From the IMG/VR virus record IMGVR_UViG_3300033148_006048: a stretch of 64,000 nt of DNA; one strand, given 5' to 3'. The notes under the pieces are model-generated. The model was given only the letters and a program-made list of their open reading frames with translations, ran no database searches and was not told where the DNA came from. This DNA comes from an uncultured virus (IMG/VR IMGVR_UViG_3300033148_006048). Taxonomy: Duplodnaviria > Heunggongvirae > Uroviricota > Caudoviricetes. Of this stretch, positions 9,367 through 18,794 are shown piece after piece. The translations under genes were made by a program, and so were the position numbers. The stretch's first letter is position 1. Each line of letters begins with the position of its first letter.

Positions 9367-10329
9367 TTATAATTTCCAAAATGGTTTATGTTCTTTTTTC
9401 TCTTTTGGTTCTTCTTCTGGCTTCTCTCTTTCATCTTCAACCTGATTTAGTTTACTACAATTATTAATAACATCACACAATTTTTCCATCGCCAATGCTT
9501 CAATCTGTCTAATCCTCTCTCGTGTAACGTCAAATTCTTCGCCAACTTCTTTAAGTGTTTTAGAATAACCATCATTAAGCCCAAACCGCATTATAATAAT
9601 CGCCTTTTGTCTCGGTGTAAGTTGATTAATAAAAGGCATAAGTAAATCCCCAATCGTTATCCGCGTTCTTTTTAGTTGCTTTTCCAAGTTAGTAATTTTT
9701 TCATTTGCTTCTCTAAGTAATTTTGAAGTTTCGTAATAGTTTTTTCTCAGTTTTCCAACCTCTGTTTCGCCTCTAATTTCATTCTCAAGGCAGTTTTTAA
9801 CAACCTCAACTGATAATTTTGTTAAATCTGCCAACTCGTCAATATTTGGCAATCGTCCATTTTGTACTTTATACCTAAACATCTCATTAGCTATTTTAAC
9901 TTTCTTTTCAGCTTCTTCCCATTTAGTTGAACCAGTTAAAAATATCCATCTCTCACGCCGGGTGTGTAAATATTCTTTATGCTCTGGTTTATGTTCCTTA
10001 CAATAAACACTATTCCCGGTAGTAGGTTTACTACAAACCCTACAAAATCTATCCTTAAAACCATAATAATTTTTTGTCCATTCTTTAACATGCTTCCTCC
10101 GACATTCAATCTTGTTACACAGTCTTGTATTTCGCCCTTCAAGTTTATCACCACAGACAATACAAAATCTATCCGGCTTTTTTGGTCTTTTTCTTAAATA
10201 ACATTCCTTTTGTCGTTGCCTTACCACTTTTTGATGTGCGATTTTACATTCCTCCTTATCACACAAAGTCCGACCTTTTCCTAAAATTAAGTCCCCGCAG
10301 TAACGACAATAGTAAAGATTTTTTCCCAT
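9367..10329 (-). CDS. Zn-finger repeat protein fused to sigma70 region 4
   Basis: Three CxxC..C..C units; [31 protein letters not shown]. Confidence 0.8.
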   Translation of the reverse strand: MGKNLYYCRYCGDLILGKGRTLCDKEECKIAHQKVVRQRQKECYLRKRPKKPDRFCIVCGDKLEGRNTRLCNKIECRRKHVKEWTKNYYGFKDRFCRVCSKPTTGNSVYCKEHKPEHKEYLHTRRERWIFLTGSTKWEEAEKKVKIANEMFRYKVQNGRLPNIDELADLTKLSVEVVKNCLENEIRGETEVGKLRKNYYETSKLLREANEKITNLEKQLKRTRITIGDLLMPFINQLTPRQKAIIIMRFGLNDGYSKTLKEVGEEFDVTRERIRQIEALAMEKLCDVINNCSKLNQVEDEREKPEEEPKEKKEHKPFWKL

Positions 10330-10330
10330 A

Positions 10331-10657
10331 CTAAACTCCTTTCAATAAATCCGTTAGGATTTCTTTTGTTTTTGGATTCGCTAAATCCAACTTATTTGCT
10401 TTAAATTTATTACATCGGTAACACAATACTTGATACCATTTTTCATTAAAGGTCTTTGCTTCCTCAACAAATTGACTAATAATATCAACCGGCACAATAT
10501 GGTCAATCGTCAAATTATCAGTCGCCCCACAATTAACACACTTTTGCTCTTGGTCTTTAAGCCAAGCCTGTTTCAGTAAAACACAATTCTTTTTTGTTAA
10601 TCTATCAAGTAAATCTTTTTCTTTTAATTCTTTTTTTACTTCTTTTAAGTAACCCAT
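10331..10657 (-). CDS. HNH endonuclease
   Basis: [22 protein letters not shown]. Confidence 0.85.
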   Translation of the reverse strand: MGYLKEVKKELKEKDLLDRLTKKNCVLLKQAWLKDQEQKCVNCGATDNLTIDHIVPVDIISQFVEEAKTFNEKWYQVLCYRCNKFKANKLDLANPKTKEILTDLLKGV

Positions 10658-10965
10658 ACTCCATCAAAATTAGCTTGTTTAACAGGCACGACTTGTAAAT
10701 ATGGACGGCCTTTTTTATATCCCTTCTTCAATCCAACCTCTCTCCATTTTTTATTATCATTCGTTCTTAAAAACCGCTTGCCATCTTTTTTGTGTTTATA
10801 CTCACACCAAAGCTCACCGCTTTTTCTAACATAAACTCTTGGCTTGGTTTTCCAGCTAACAACATTCTTACATTGTTTACAAATAGCAGTCACTTTTCGC
10901 GTATCGTCGTTAAATCTATATTTCCAATTATGATAACCACATTTTTCACAGGGTCTCATTGCCAT
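10645..10965 (-). CDS. Hypothetical zinc-ribbon protein
   Basis: CEKC..CKQC; position within the operon. Confidence 0.6.
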   Translation of the reverse strand: MAMRPCEKCGYHNWKYRFNDDTRKVTAICKQCKNVVSWKTKPRVYVRKSGELWCEYKHKKDGKRFLRTNDNKKWREVGLKKGYKKGRPYLQVVPVKQANFDGVWVT

Positions 10966-10966
10966 A

Positions 10967-11977
10967 TTAAAGACCTTTTTTCTTTATGTAGTCAGCTTTT
11001 ATTTCATCGTTCTTGTCTTTAATCTCGCCCTTAATTGAACTCTCCCAATCTTCCTTATTGTCAAATCCAGTTAAAAGTTTGAACCACGGGCTTCTCTCAA
11101 CTTCCCAATTCTTCTCATAGCAACCTTGAATAATGTATGGCTTCTTGTTTTTCTGAAATCTAATCTTGCCTCGTTTGTTAAAAACAAAGTTGGCTGGCTT
11201 TGGTGGTTCTTTTTTCTGTCTAATAAATTCTGTCATCTCCTCCATATCTTTTTGAACTATCTCTTCCATTTTCTTATCGTTTAAATAAATTGGAAATTCT
11301 GCGGTCATCAAATCGTCCTTACTAATATAAAGCACTCGGCCTTCCGGTTTTTTATTAGCTTTTAAATAAAGCCAACATTGTAATCGGTGCCACGGATATG
11401 CCTCTTGTAAATAATCCTTCTTATTCCAAAAGGCCATTGAATTGATTGATTTAATTTCGTATAGCAATTCCGGCATTCCGTTCGGGTACATCTCCTCTAG
11501 TTTTTCAACCATCATTAATGTTCGGTCGGTTACAAACTCTGAAAGTCCCATAACTTGGCAAGCCTGCTTAGCCGAAAGCCAATTAGGTTTTCCCCCGGCC
11601 AAAACGTCATACTTCCCTAAAACCTTCAGCGTCTTCTCTGTCTCCTCTATTACCGACCAGCCACTATCATCTTGGCTGTTAATAAAAATCCCACAAGCCT
11701 TGAAGACATTCTTCAAAAGATTGTGGAACTCATCACCAGCGGAAAAAACCCTCAAAACTCGCTCTTCATACGGGTTTGTTTCCGGTACCCCCATCATTTT
11801 TTGGTATCTCCCCCAGTAGTCTTTACCAATGTCACTAGGCGAAATGTAATCTCTAACTTTTGGCTCGCGTGCTTTCGTTTCCTTAAGCATTAAATTCCAA
11901 ACTCCTTGAACGCTCCATTTCATTTCTTCGAGCCTTTTTTGTTCTCGTTCGTCGATTTGTTCTTTTTTAGTTGTCAT
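10967..11977 (-). CDS. PD-(D/E)XK nuclease, Cas4/RecB-like (probable start MTTKK)
   Basis: SPSDIG, G..FH, GKYD, EIKS, Q...Y motifs. Confidence 0.75.
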   Translation of the reverse strand: MTTKKEQIDEREQKRLEEMKWSVQGVWNLMLKETKAREPKVRDYISPSDIGKDYWGRYQKMMGVPETNPYEERVLRVFSAGDEFHNLLKNVFKACGIFINSQDDSGWSVIEETEKTLKVLGKYDVLAGGKPNWLSAKQACQVMGLSEFVTDRTLMMVEKLEEMYPNGMPELLYEIKSINSMAFWNKKDYLQEAYPWHRLQCWLYLKANKKPEGRVLYISKDDLMTAEFPIYLNDKKMEEIVQKDMEEMTEFIRQKKEPPKPANFVFNKRGKIRFQKNKKPYIIQGCYEKNWEVERSPWFKLLTGFDNKEDWESSIKGEIKDKNDEIKADYIKKKGL

Positions 11978-11996
11978 AATTTTTCTCCTTTCTTTT

Positions 11997-12179
11997 TTAA
12001 TTATATTCTTCGTGATAATCATCATTGGGATTGCGCCATTTTTTTGGTAAAAATCTTTCATGAAATTTAATTCTTGCTTCTCGTTTCCTGTCCATTTCAT
12101 CTAAAATTTCTTCTATCTCTTTTTCAGATTTTTTTCTTGGCGTTTTTTGTTTTTCCCAATACGGTATAATCCTATTCAT
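11997..12179 (-). CDS. Hypothetical protein
   Basis: 60-aa ORF coupled to the upstream gene. Confidence 0.55.
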   Translation of the reverse strand: MNRIIPYWEKQKTPRKKSEKEIEEILDEMDRKREARIKFHERFLPKKWRNPNDDYHEEYN

Positions 12180-12519
12180 ATTTTTTGTGATTTTTCCATC
12201 TATTTTTTGGCGTGGTTTCCCTTCTTAAACAACCGCAACTTCTCGCACTACCAAACCGCAAATAATCTCGTTTGACATCTTTATAGTTTCCACAATCACA
12301 CAAGCATCTATAATAAGATTTTTTACCTCTAATACCTATATATTCTTTTACTACAAGGCGACCGTATCTCTTTCCTACAATATCACTAAATTTACCATAT
12401 TTCCCATGATTCTTAATCAGGTATGAATTATAGAAATAAATTTCCAAATCCTTAAAACTTTTACCAGAAAACCATAGGTAGAACTTAAATATATATTTTG
12501 ATATTTTTTCTCTTAACAT
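12172..12519 (-). CDS. Protein with a homing-endonuclease-associated DNA-binding module, no nuclease domain
   Basis: GKRYGRLVV..CLCDCG..SCGC motif. Confidence 0.6.
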   Translation of the reverse strand: MLREKISKYIFKFYLWFSGKSFKDLEIYFYNSYLIKNHGKYGKFSDIVGKRYGRLVVKEYIGIRGKKSYYRCLCDCGNYKDVKRDYLRFGSARSCGCLRRETTPKNRWKNHKKYE

Positions 12520-12520
12520 A

Positions 12521-12563
12521 ATTATAAACTAATTTTACTTAAAAATCAAAATACTTATCCACA
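12521..12563 (-). promoter_or_regulatory. Sigma70-like promoter with an upstream DnaA box
   Basis: TGTGGATAA-5nt-TTGATT-17nt-TATAAT. Confidence 0.7.
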
Positions 12564-12565
12564 AG

Positions 12566-12856
12566 TTACTCGTCAAATCTAGTTAAGAATTTGGCAATCT
12601 CTTCTCTTGAAACCGCCAACTCACTTTTTAATCCGCCCTTAAACTTCCTTATCAAGTAATTTCCAACCGCTTTTTTCGGTATCATATACTTTACTTTATT
12701 ATCCAAACTAACGTTAAGGGCTTGAATCTCTCCCATAGCAATAAACTTCAAAATTGTAGTCTGTGAATTTATCGGGAACCAATCGGCTCGCGCCAATTCG
12801 TTCGGCGAATAATAGTCTTTTTTAATCATATTTATTCCTTGCTTCGCTCTGGCCAT
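12566..12856 (-). CDS. MerR/excisionase-like HTH protein
   Basis: YYSP.ELA...TI...I..GEI.A...Y.IP...V..YL pattern. Confidence 0.6.
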   Translation of the reverse strand: MARAKQGINMIKKDYYSPNELARADWFPINSQTTILKFIAMGEIQALNVSLDNKVKYMIPKKAVGNYLIRKFKGGLKSELAVSREEIAKFLTRFDE

Positions 12857-13004
12857 AATTTTTAGCCAAAGTCTTGTAGAAGTCTTTACTATATTGTGTC
12901 TTACAAATTTTTCTCCTTTCTTTATTTATCGTTTTTAACGATTTCACCGCTAAAGTCTTTTGCCACTTTTTCTGCCGAAGTTTCCTTTGATTTTTCTTTC
13001 CCAT
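12822..13004 (-). CDS. Small basic hypothetical protein
   Basis: 60-aa ORF overlapping both neighbours. Confidence 0.35.
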   Translation of the reverse strand: MGKKNQRKLRQKKWQKTLAVKSLKTINKERRKICKTQYSKDFYKTLAKNYGQSEARNKYD

Positions 13005-13290
13005 GAAGATTAATAATCATCCAATAGTCTTTACTCATAACATACTGCCGGTCAAAGCCGAAGTTAACTTCTTCGCGGTGTCGTTCGAAAACGAAAGTTT
13101 GGCATTTAAAAAGTCTTCCTCGGTCTGTCATAATTCGTATTCCTTTAACTTTACCTTTTATTTTATCCCACATATCCGCATCAATACACGGCACTCCGCC
13201 CTTCTGCCAAAGCAAATGTTTTCGTTCGTTAATCTTATTTTTTATTAACTGGCCAAGAACTAGTTGGTAGTCTTTGTAGATGTAAGCCAT
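12922..13290 (-). CDS. Hypothetical protein
   Basis: 122-aa ORF in the operon. Confidence 0.65.
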   Translation of the reverse strand: MAYIYKDYQLVLGQLIKNKINERKHLLWQKGGVPCIDADMWDKIKGKVKGIRIMTDRGRLFKCQTFVFERHREEVNFGFDRQYVMSKDYWMIINLHGKEKSKETSAEKVAKDFSGEIVKNDK

Positions 13291-13303
13291 AATTTTATTT
13301 AAG

Positions 13304-13828
13304 TTATTTTTTAAGTTTTCCCTCTACATAAAGATTATAGCAACTCCACAATCCGGCATCACCTTGCTTATATCGCTTGGCAAAATATCGGGTGCTACAC
13401 CAAATATCCTCAGCACACTCCATATCAACTGTCGGATGCCAATAAAGTATAATCTGCCAAAGGCCAACTGCTCCGCCGTGAGGGTCTTGAAGATTCCGTG
13501 CCTGTGGAAACAACTTACTTTCACACCTTGCCACCGCTATCATCATTTCTTTGTCCAGTCCCTCTTGCCGGGCAACTTCGGATATAACCTCGATAACGTA
13601 TACCCTTGAGAGCTTATATTCTGCGATTTCCCGCATTTGTTGTTGAAAATCGTAAAATTGTACCTCCCCGGGACATTCGACGTTTAAAAGCCCGCACAAT
13701 TCGTAATCGACACTATACTTCGGAACATACCAAAGCAAATAAGCATTCAACAGAACCGCTACCATTATAATTGTCAATTCAACCGCCACTAAAACTTGCC
13801 ATCGAAATTTTGTTTTTGTTTTTGCCAT
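13304..13828 (-). CDS. Membrane-anchored lytic transglycosylase (SLT-like)
   Basis: N-terminal TM helix; A.CES...A.N...GA.GLWQI catalytic motif. Confidence 0.75.
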   Translation of the reverse strand: MAKTKTKFRWQVLVAVELTIIMVAVLLNAYLLWYVPKYSVDYELCGLLNVECPGEVQFYDFQQQMREIAEYKLSRVYVIEVISEVARQEGLDKEMMIAVARCESKLFPQARNLQDPHGGAVGLWQIILYWHPTVDMECAEDIWCSTRYFAKRYKQGDAGLWSCYNLYVEGKLKK

Positions 13829-13836
13829 ATTTTTAA

Positions 13837-14007
13837 TTAATTATAAATTCCAATATAAACATCATTTAATTGGTCATCAAAATATATCTGGTCAACATCT
13901 ATTTTTGAAGTTTTTTTATCATGGCTATGATAAATACTTACTTCAACGTTTCCTTGTTTTTGTTCGATTTCTTGTAGCTTGTTAATTAGCTCATAAATTG
14001 TCGCCAT
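13837..14007 (-). CDS. 56-aa hypothetical protein
   Basis: Manual translation MATIYELINKLQEIEQKQGNVEV... Confidence 0.55.
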   Translation of the reverse strand: MATIYELINKLQEIEQKQGNVEVSIYHSHDKKTSKIDVDQIYFDDQLNDVYIGIYN

Positions 14008-14229
14008 ATTTCTTTAGTTATTAATTAATTGTTTGTGTAATTTTGCCAAGCGATTAAACTCCTCCCAATCGCCACGCATAATACACTCATCAATTTTTTT
14101 GTTCAGTTTTTGGATTGTTTTTTCTTTGTTCATAATTTTTGTTTTTATTTTTTAGGTTATCAGGGTGGTATCACTCTTGCGACTTTGCCGGCATAGTAAG
14201 TGAGTTTTTACGTTTTTACCACCCCTTAA

Positions 14230-14482
14230 TTATTTAATTGCTTTTGGCATTACTTCACTTATCTTTTTTTCTCCAATATATAGGTCTCGCTCAATGCCTA
14301 ATCCTAGCTTACCTTTGAATTCTTCTAACTCTGCTAGGCTGAAACTTCCCCATTCGTCATTCCAATCTCCGAATATACTTACATAACCAAAGAAGATTTT
14401 TTCTAAAATTCGGGTCTTTTACTTCTTCTTGAGAGCCGACTTCTTTGAATCGTGCCTCAAGTTCTGGTGTCATAAGTTTCAT
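14230..14482 (-). pseudogene. DUF2958-like gene broken by a frameshift and probable internal deletion
   Basis: MKLMTPELEARFKEVGSQEEVKDP in one frame; IFFGYVSIFGDWNDEWGSFSLAELE..LGLGIERDLY in another. Confidence 0.7.
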
Positions 14483-14496
14483 AATTTCTCCTTCCT

Positions 14497-14832
14497 TTAT
14501 TGTAAGATTAATTCGCCAAGTTTATTTTCCTGAAATTCTGATTTACAATCAGGGTTGTCACAAATCCAGTTAGCTGTTCTAGCCCAGTTCTCAAACGGAA
14601 CATCTTTATTTCCAATCCTTTCATTTCTCAATTCGTATTCTTTACATATCGGGCATTTATAGACTTCCTCTTCAGCATCTTCATTTTTTATTAAGTCTGT
14701 GATAGTTGGCGGGACAATTCCGCTTCCGTCGCAAACATGACAAACGTCCATATTAACTTCGCCCTCACCACTTTCAACTGGAACTTTCCCAGAACCACCG
14801 CAGTTGTGGCATTTGTTGTAAAATCTTTTCAT
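14497..14832 (-). CDS. Zinc-finger protein (CxxCxGxG repeats)
   Basis: CHNCGGSG, CHVCDGSG, CPIC..C...C. Confidence 0.7.
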   Translation of the reverse strand: MKRFYNKCHNCGGSGKVPVESGEGEVNMDVCHVCDGSGIVPPTITDLIKNEDAEEEVYKCPICKEYELRNERIGNKDVPFENWARTANWICDNPDCKSEFQENKLGELILQ

Positions 14833-14876
14833 ATTTTTCCTTTCTTTTTTAATTAGTCTTTTTATCCTTTATCTTA

Positions 14877-14905
14877 ATTATAAACCTTTTTGAAAAACTT
14901 GTCAA
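14877..14905 (-). promoter_or_regulatory. Consensus sigma70 promoter heading the early operon
   Basis: TTGACA-17nt-TATAAT, perfect consensus. Confidence 0.85.
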
Positions 14906-15024
14906 AACCCTAAGCCCCTAGAAAACGACCAAAAAACCCCCAAAAAACAAGGTTTTATAGGAGTTAAAAGTTATCCACCATTATTTTATTAAAAAAGTAA
15001 AAAGTTATCCACTACTATAATAGC

Positions 15025-15051
15025 AAAAAACCGCCCCAAAAAAGGACGGCT
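15025..15051 (-). terminator. Intrinsic terminator ending the structural/lysis operon
   Basis: GCCGUCC-loop-GGGGCGGU stem followed by a U-tract. Confidence 0.75.
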
Positions 15052-15082
15052 TTTGCCGGAATCCGTGATTGACACTCGGATA

Positions 15083-15280
15083 TTATTTCTTTTTCTTCAG
15101 CTTGAAAGCTCCAAGTGCTACTTCCTGTTTTCTTCCGAATAAATAAACTACCACTGCTGAAACAGCAACAGCTAACCACTCAGGAATTTGAACATCGGGA
15201 AGTAGTACAGAGTGTAAAACAGCACCGGCGACGATTACGATGCCTACTACAACTAATAAGATTGTTATTGCTTTTGACAT
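15083..15280 (-). CDS. Putative holin (two TM helices, basic tail)
   Basis: Two hydrophobic segments, ends KLKKKK, next to the peptidase. Confidence 0.55.
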   Translation of the reverse strand: MSKAITILLVVVGIVIVAGAVLHSVLLPDVQIPEWLAVAVSAVVVYLFGRKQEVALGAFKLKKKK

Positions 15281-15436
15281 TTTTTGTAAAGTTTAGTTAA
15301 TTAAATAATCTGGTAGGGGGCTAGACCTAATTGTTCGTTTTGGGTATATGAGGCACAAACAATCGACCTTTAGAAAATGGTAGTCTCGCCCCCAAACCAA
15401 ACCTTACAAAATAGCGACTATATTAATTCGCTATTT

Positions 15437-17449
15437 TTATTTTAAAAATCCGAAAGGGTGCCAGTCAATCTCATACTCATCAAGACTATCAACTGTTACA
15501 AATGGTTTTATCCAACCATCAGTAAGCATTTGTTGATAGCTTTCCCAACCACCAACCCAACGAATTTTATTACTTGTGTTTGATTTGGCAAAAATTTCTG
15601 GTTTGCCTTTCTTTTGAATTGTTTCAATCATATTTTTTATCTTAATATTCTTTTGGTCAATTAGTACCCAAGAGGTATAAACATTCCCACTCTTAAAATA
15701 ATCTTCATTCAAATAACCATAACCTTTGTCACCCCAATTAGTACTCCAAGAGTTAGCAAATTTAATTGCTTTTTTTCCATTTCTCATTAAAGCACCAATC
15801 CCATAAAAAGCGTGTCCCCAATTTAAAGCACCTGGCTCAACATCTGGCTTGTTCCAACCATCGTTTCCACCTTTAGCGGCCATTAATAAAGTTTTATGGT
15901 TTCGTAAGGCAATAGCAACATCGTCAATAGTCTTCGGAACAGAAAAGTATCTTAAACTTTTATACTTCTCTGCCTTACTTCTAAGCTCATCATCAATCTT
16001 TTGCTCTGTCATAAACTTTTCAGTAGGACCATTGTAAACAATTCTTCCATCAGACATCTCAACAGTCGTATAAGACGGTAAATCTTCTTCAAGATTAAAA
16101 CCATACTTAACAGCTATCTTACAAGCCTCTCTAGTATAAGCACCACCGCTAGGTAAATAAATCTGTTCATAGACTCCTTTAGCAGAAAAATCTTTCCATT
16201 TCTTAGTCTCAATAAAGTTTAACAAATCACCTATTGATGAAGTTGCTTGACCAACACAATTATGAACAGCAACAGTCTCAACAATATAACTATTATCTTT
16301 CTCTACTTCTATATTATAAATATGCCCACCAGCATAACTTAAAATTTTATCTATCAAATCAATCTTAATATAAAAATTCTTTTCATCCTCGTAACCATAT
16401 TGACTTTTATATTTTATATCAACTTTACCTAACAATTTTTTTGAGGCATCTCGTCCAAATTGTAACTCATAAACTTGCAACTTGTTTTCTTCTTTTTTTC
16501 GTTTTCTTATAGCAGTTCTAATTCCATTCCTTTTAGCAATATCATTCATTTGTCTAACTAATTCCTTAGAAGTAGTAACCCCAATATAACAATCTTGTTT
16601 ATAACAACCATCACCATCCATCCATCCTCGTAATATATTTAGTTGTTTTTTTGGTTCTAAAGTTAAAAATTTCTTGTGTAATTTTTTGTTAAAACACAAC
16701 TTACTACCATAATCCAAAAATCTTTCTGCCCATATTTTCCCAAGTATACTAACAGTTCTGCTTAAAGTATTTTTCTTGTCACTTATACTTACATTAGTAC
16801 CTAATCCACCAAAAATCTTCTCAAGTCTATTTTGATAATCTACTTCATCTTGATGAATTGAGAAATGAACTCCATAATCACTAACTGAACCCTCGGCCAG
16901 ATAAAATCCAATCGCCCAAAGAAAATTATCATCTAATTCAAATTCATAATCTAGTTTATCTTTTTTTATTTTATTAGTTTTAGGAATAGTCAGATACATA
17001 CCTTTCTGTAATCCTTTCGCTTCAACCCATTCATTATTATCAAGCAAAAAAGGATGTTCTGGAGATACAATTATAGGAAACAACCCATAACCTTTAATTA
17101 CAAACATTGTTCCTTGCCATTTTCGTTTTAATGTGTTATAAACTTTTTTTGGTATTCCATTATGAGTTACAACTCTCTCTCCAATATGTATCTTTTCAAT
17201 ATCTTTATAATTCAAATCTTCCATTAATACTTTAGTTCCTGCTGGAAAACAAGACGATGAACCATTTTGGTTTTCGATTTTAACCTTGGTATTAAATTCT
17301 TTTTCAAAGTCATAACCTTTTTCCCAATCAAAAGGTTTATCAACTCCCATTGCCATAGCTAATGGCGCATACTGTAAATCTCTATCATCAGGCCTGTCAG
17401 GAAAAGCGCCGGGATTAAAATTCTCGTCGAACTTAAATTCTTCTGCCAT
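15437..17449 (-). CDS. Papain-fold (C1-like) cysteine peptidase, possible endolysin, interrupted by an intein
   Basis: QNGSSS|C, WGHA, NSW..WGD.GY motifs; 339 aa after splicing. Confidence 0.85.
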   Translation of the reverse strand: MAEEFKFDENFNPGAFPDRPDDRDLQYAPLAMAMGVDKPFDWEKGYDFEKEFNTKVKIENQNGSSSCFPAGTKVLMEDLNYKDIEKIHIGERVVTHNGIPKKVYNTLKRKWQGTMFVIKGYGLFPIIVSPEHPFLLDNNEWVEAKGLQKGMYLTIPKTNKIKKDKLDYEFELDDNFLWAIGFYLAEGSVSDYGVHFSIHQDEVDYQNRLEKIFGGLGTNVSISDKKNTLSRTVSILGKIWAERFLDYGSKLCFNKKLHKKFLTLEPKKQLNILRGWMDGDGCYKQDCYIGVTTSKELVRQMNDIAKRNGIRTAIRKRKKEENKLQVYELQFGRDASKKLLGKVDIKYKSQYGYEDEKNFYIKIDLIDKILSYAGGHIYNIEVEKDNSYIVETVAVHNCVGQATSSIGDLLNFIETKKWKDFSAKGVYEQIYLPSGGAYTREACKIAVKYGFNLEEDLPSYTTVEMSDGRIVYNGPTEKFMTEQKIDDELRSKAEKYKSLRYFSVPKTIDDVAIALRNHKTLLMAAKGGNDGWNKPDVEPGALNWGHAFYGIGALMRNGKKAIKFANSWSTNWGDKGYGYLNEDYFKSGNVYTSWVLIDQKNIKIKNMIETIQKKGKPEIFAKSNTSNKIRWVGGWESYQQMLTDGWIKPFVTVDSLDEYEIDWHPFGFLK
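16259..17251 (-). mobile_element. 331-aa intein with a LAGLIDADG endonuclease
   Basis: Begins CFPAGT, block B PEHPF, IGFYLAEG and LRGWMDGDG, ends VHN|C. Confidence 0.93.
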
Positions 17450-17466
17450 ATAATTGAAGTTAATAA

Positions 17467-18180
17467 TTATCTATAAAAATAAGCTGTACCAGCGCAAGTA
17501 ACTCCTGCCACACCACTAGGTGTTAGCGTAATTTCATTACCAGACCAACTAGCAGTAACAGTAACATGATAAGGAGTTGTTGTCCCAGGGTATTGCGCAA
17601 ACGAACCACTTGTCTTTCCTTTTCTTGATATAAAAATATCACCACCAGAAGGGTGACCACCATTATCAAGAGTAGCGGCAACAATCGCATGTCTAGCAAC
17701 GTCAGGAACAGTAATCACATCAGCACTATCACTAGCCGAACCACAATATTGCATTCCCGGTGCTTCAAAAATCATAAGCTGTGTTGCGTCTAAAGCAATA
17801 CCAACCATTGTTTCATAGGTACCGACAGAAGTTCCAATAGTTCCATCGTCTTGAACATAGTATGTTGAACCTCTTGTCAGTCCAGTAAAATCCTCTACTA
17901 TCGTTCCTTTTCCTGTCATCACTTCAACAAAATCTCCCTCTGAGATATTCTGACCATAAATAGCAAAACCAACAAATTCTAATTTGTCTTGGTCGTTAGC
18001 GTCACAAAGACCAGCCCAACCATTACTAGCAACATAAATTGGCTTAGGAATCGAAGTAGTATCAATAGCTTCATTAGCTTGTAACTCAAAACGTCCATCT
18101 CTAGCTTTCAGATAGTTTGAATTTGCTGTGGAAGCTTCAATTTTATCTCCAGCAGTAAAAGTATGTAACGGATAACCCAT
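17467..18180 (-). CDS. Putative tail-associated structural protein
   Basis: Gly/Thr/Ala-rich beta protein, GL..G..YY motif, last gene of the tail module. Confidence 0.55.
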   Translation of the reverse strand: MGYPLHTFTAGDKIEASTANSNYLKARDGRFELQANEAIDTTSIPKPIYVASNGWAGLCDANDQDKLEFVGFAIYGQNISEGDFVEVMTGKGTIVEDFTGLTRGSTYYVQDDGTIGTSVGTYETMVGIALDATQLMIFEAPGMQYCGSASDSADVITVPDVARHAIVAATLDNGGHPSGGDIFISRKGKTSGSFAQYPGTTTPYHVTVTASWSGNEITLTPSGVAGVTCAGTAYFYR

Positions 18181-18297
18181 ACGTTTTTAATTAATTATTT
18201 AAGATATAGTATATAAATTTGATTTTAATTTTGGTTTATTTTTCAATCCATGATGTCTTTTATAAAGTATCTAATTGTAAAAGTCAAATCAAGTGTA

Positions 18298-18777
18298 TCA
18301 TAATATCACTATAGAATAATCCACAGTCAAAGTTTCGGTCACTGTCTTCGCAATACCACTCGGAGCATTCAAAAGAACCCGGCTAAACAAAATACCAGAA
18401 TCCGTAGAAGCACTTCCGTCTGAAAATAAACCAGCTTCATAATAAGTTCCATTACATTCCGTTGCGGTATAAAAAGCCGTACAATAAGCAACATTATTCG
18501 CATTCGTTTGCGAAGCCGTCAATTTTCGGTACGCTTCCGTGTCCAAAGTCGTATCTCCATTAGCCACGGCCGTACTTCCAGTCCCAAGCGCAGTATAATT
18601 AATACGCATTGTGTTGTCTGGGCTTGTTTCCGTCAGATTATTGGCAATCATAGTCCGACCGACCGTCGGTATGATATTTTCCTGAATATACGTTCTTTTG
18701 ATTTTTCCAGTCTTGGCATCACGAATAGTGATTTTCCAAATACCTTTTAAACCGATTGAGTCTTTAATTTTTTTCAT
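18298..18777 (-). CDS. Tail tip / baseplate-like protein
   Basis: ALGTG.TA...DT.L..E, EAGLF, LFSR motifs. Confidence 0.65.
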   Translation of the reverse strand: MKKIKDSIGLKGIWKITIRDAKTGKIKRTYIQENIIPTVGRTMIANNLTETSPDNTMRINYTALGTGSTAVANGDTTLDTEAYRKLTASQTNANNVAYCTAFYTATECNGTYYEAGLFSDGSASTDSGILFSRVLLNAPSGIAKTVTETLTVDYSIVIL

Positions 18778-18794
18778 ATTGTTTAATTAAATTA

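Noticed and set aside
10967..12100. Cas4-like nuclease as part of a CRISPR-Cas system
   Set aside because: No other cas genes or array; it sits in a recombination/replication module
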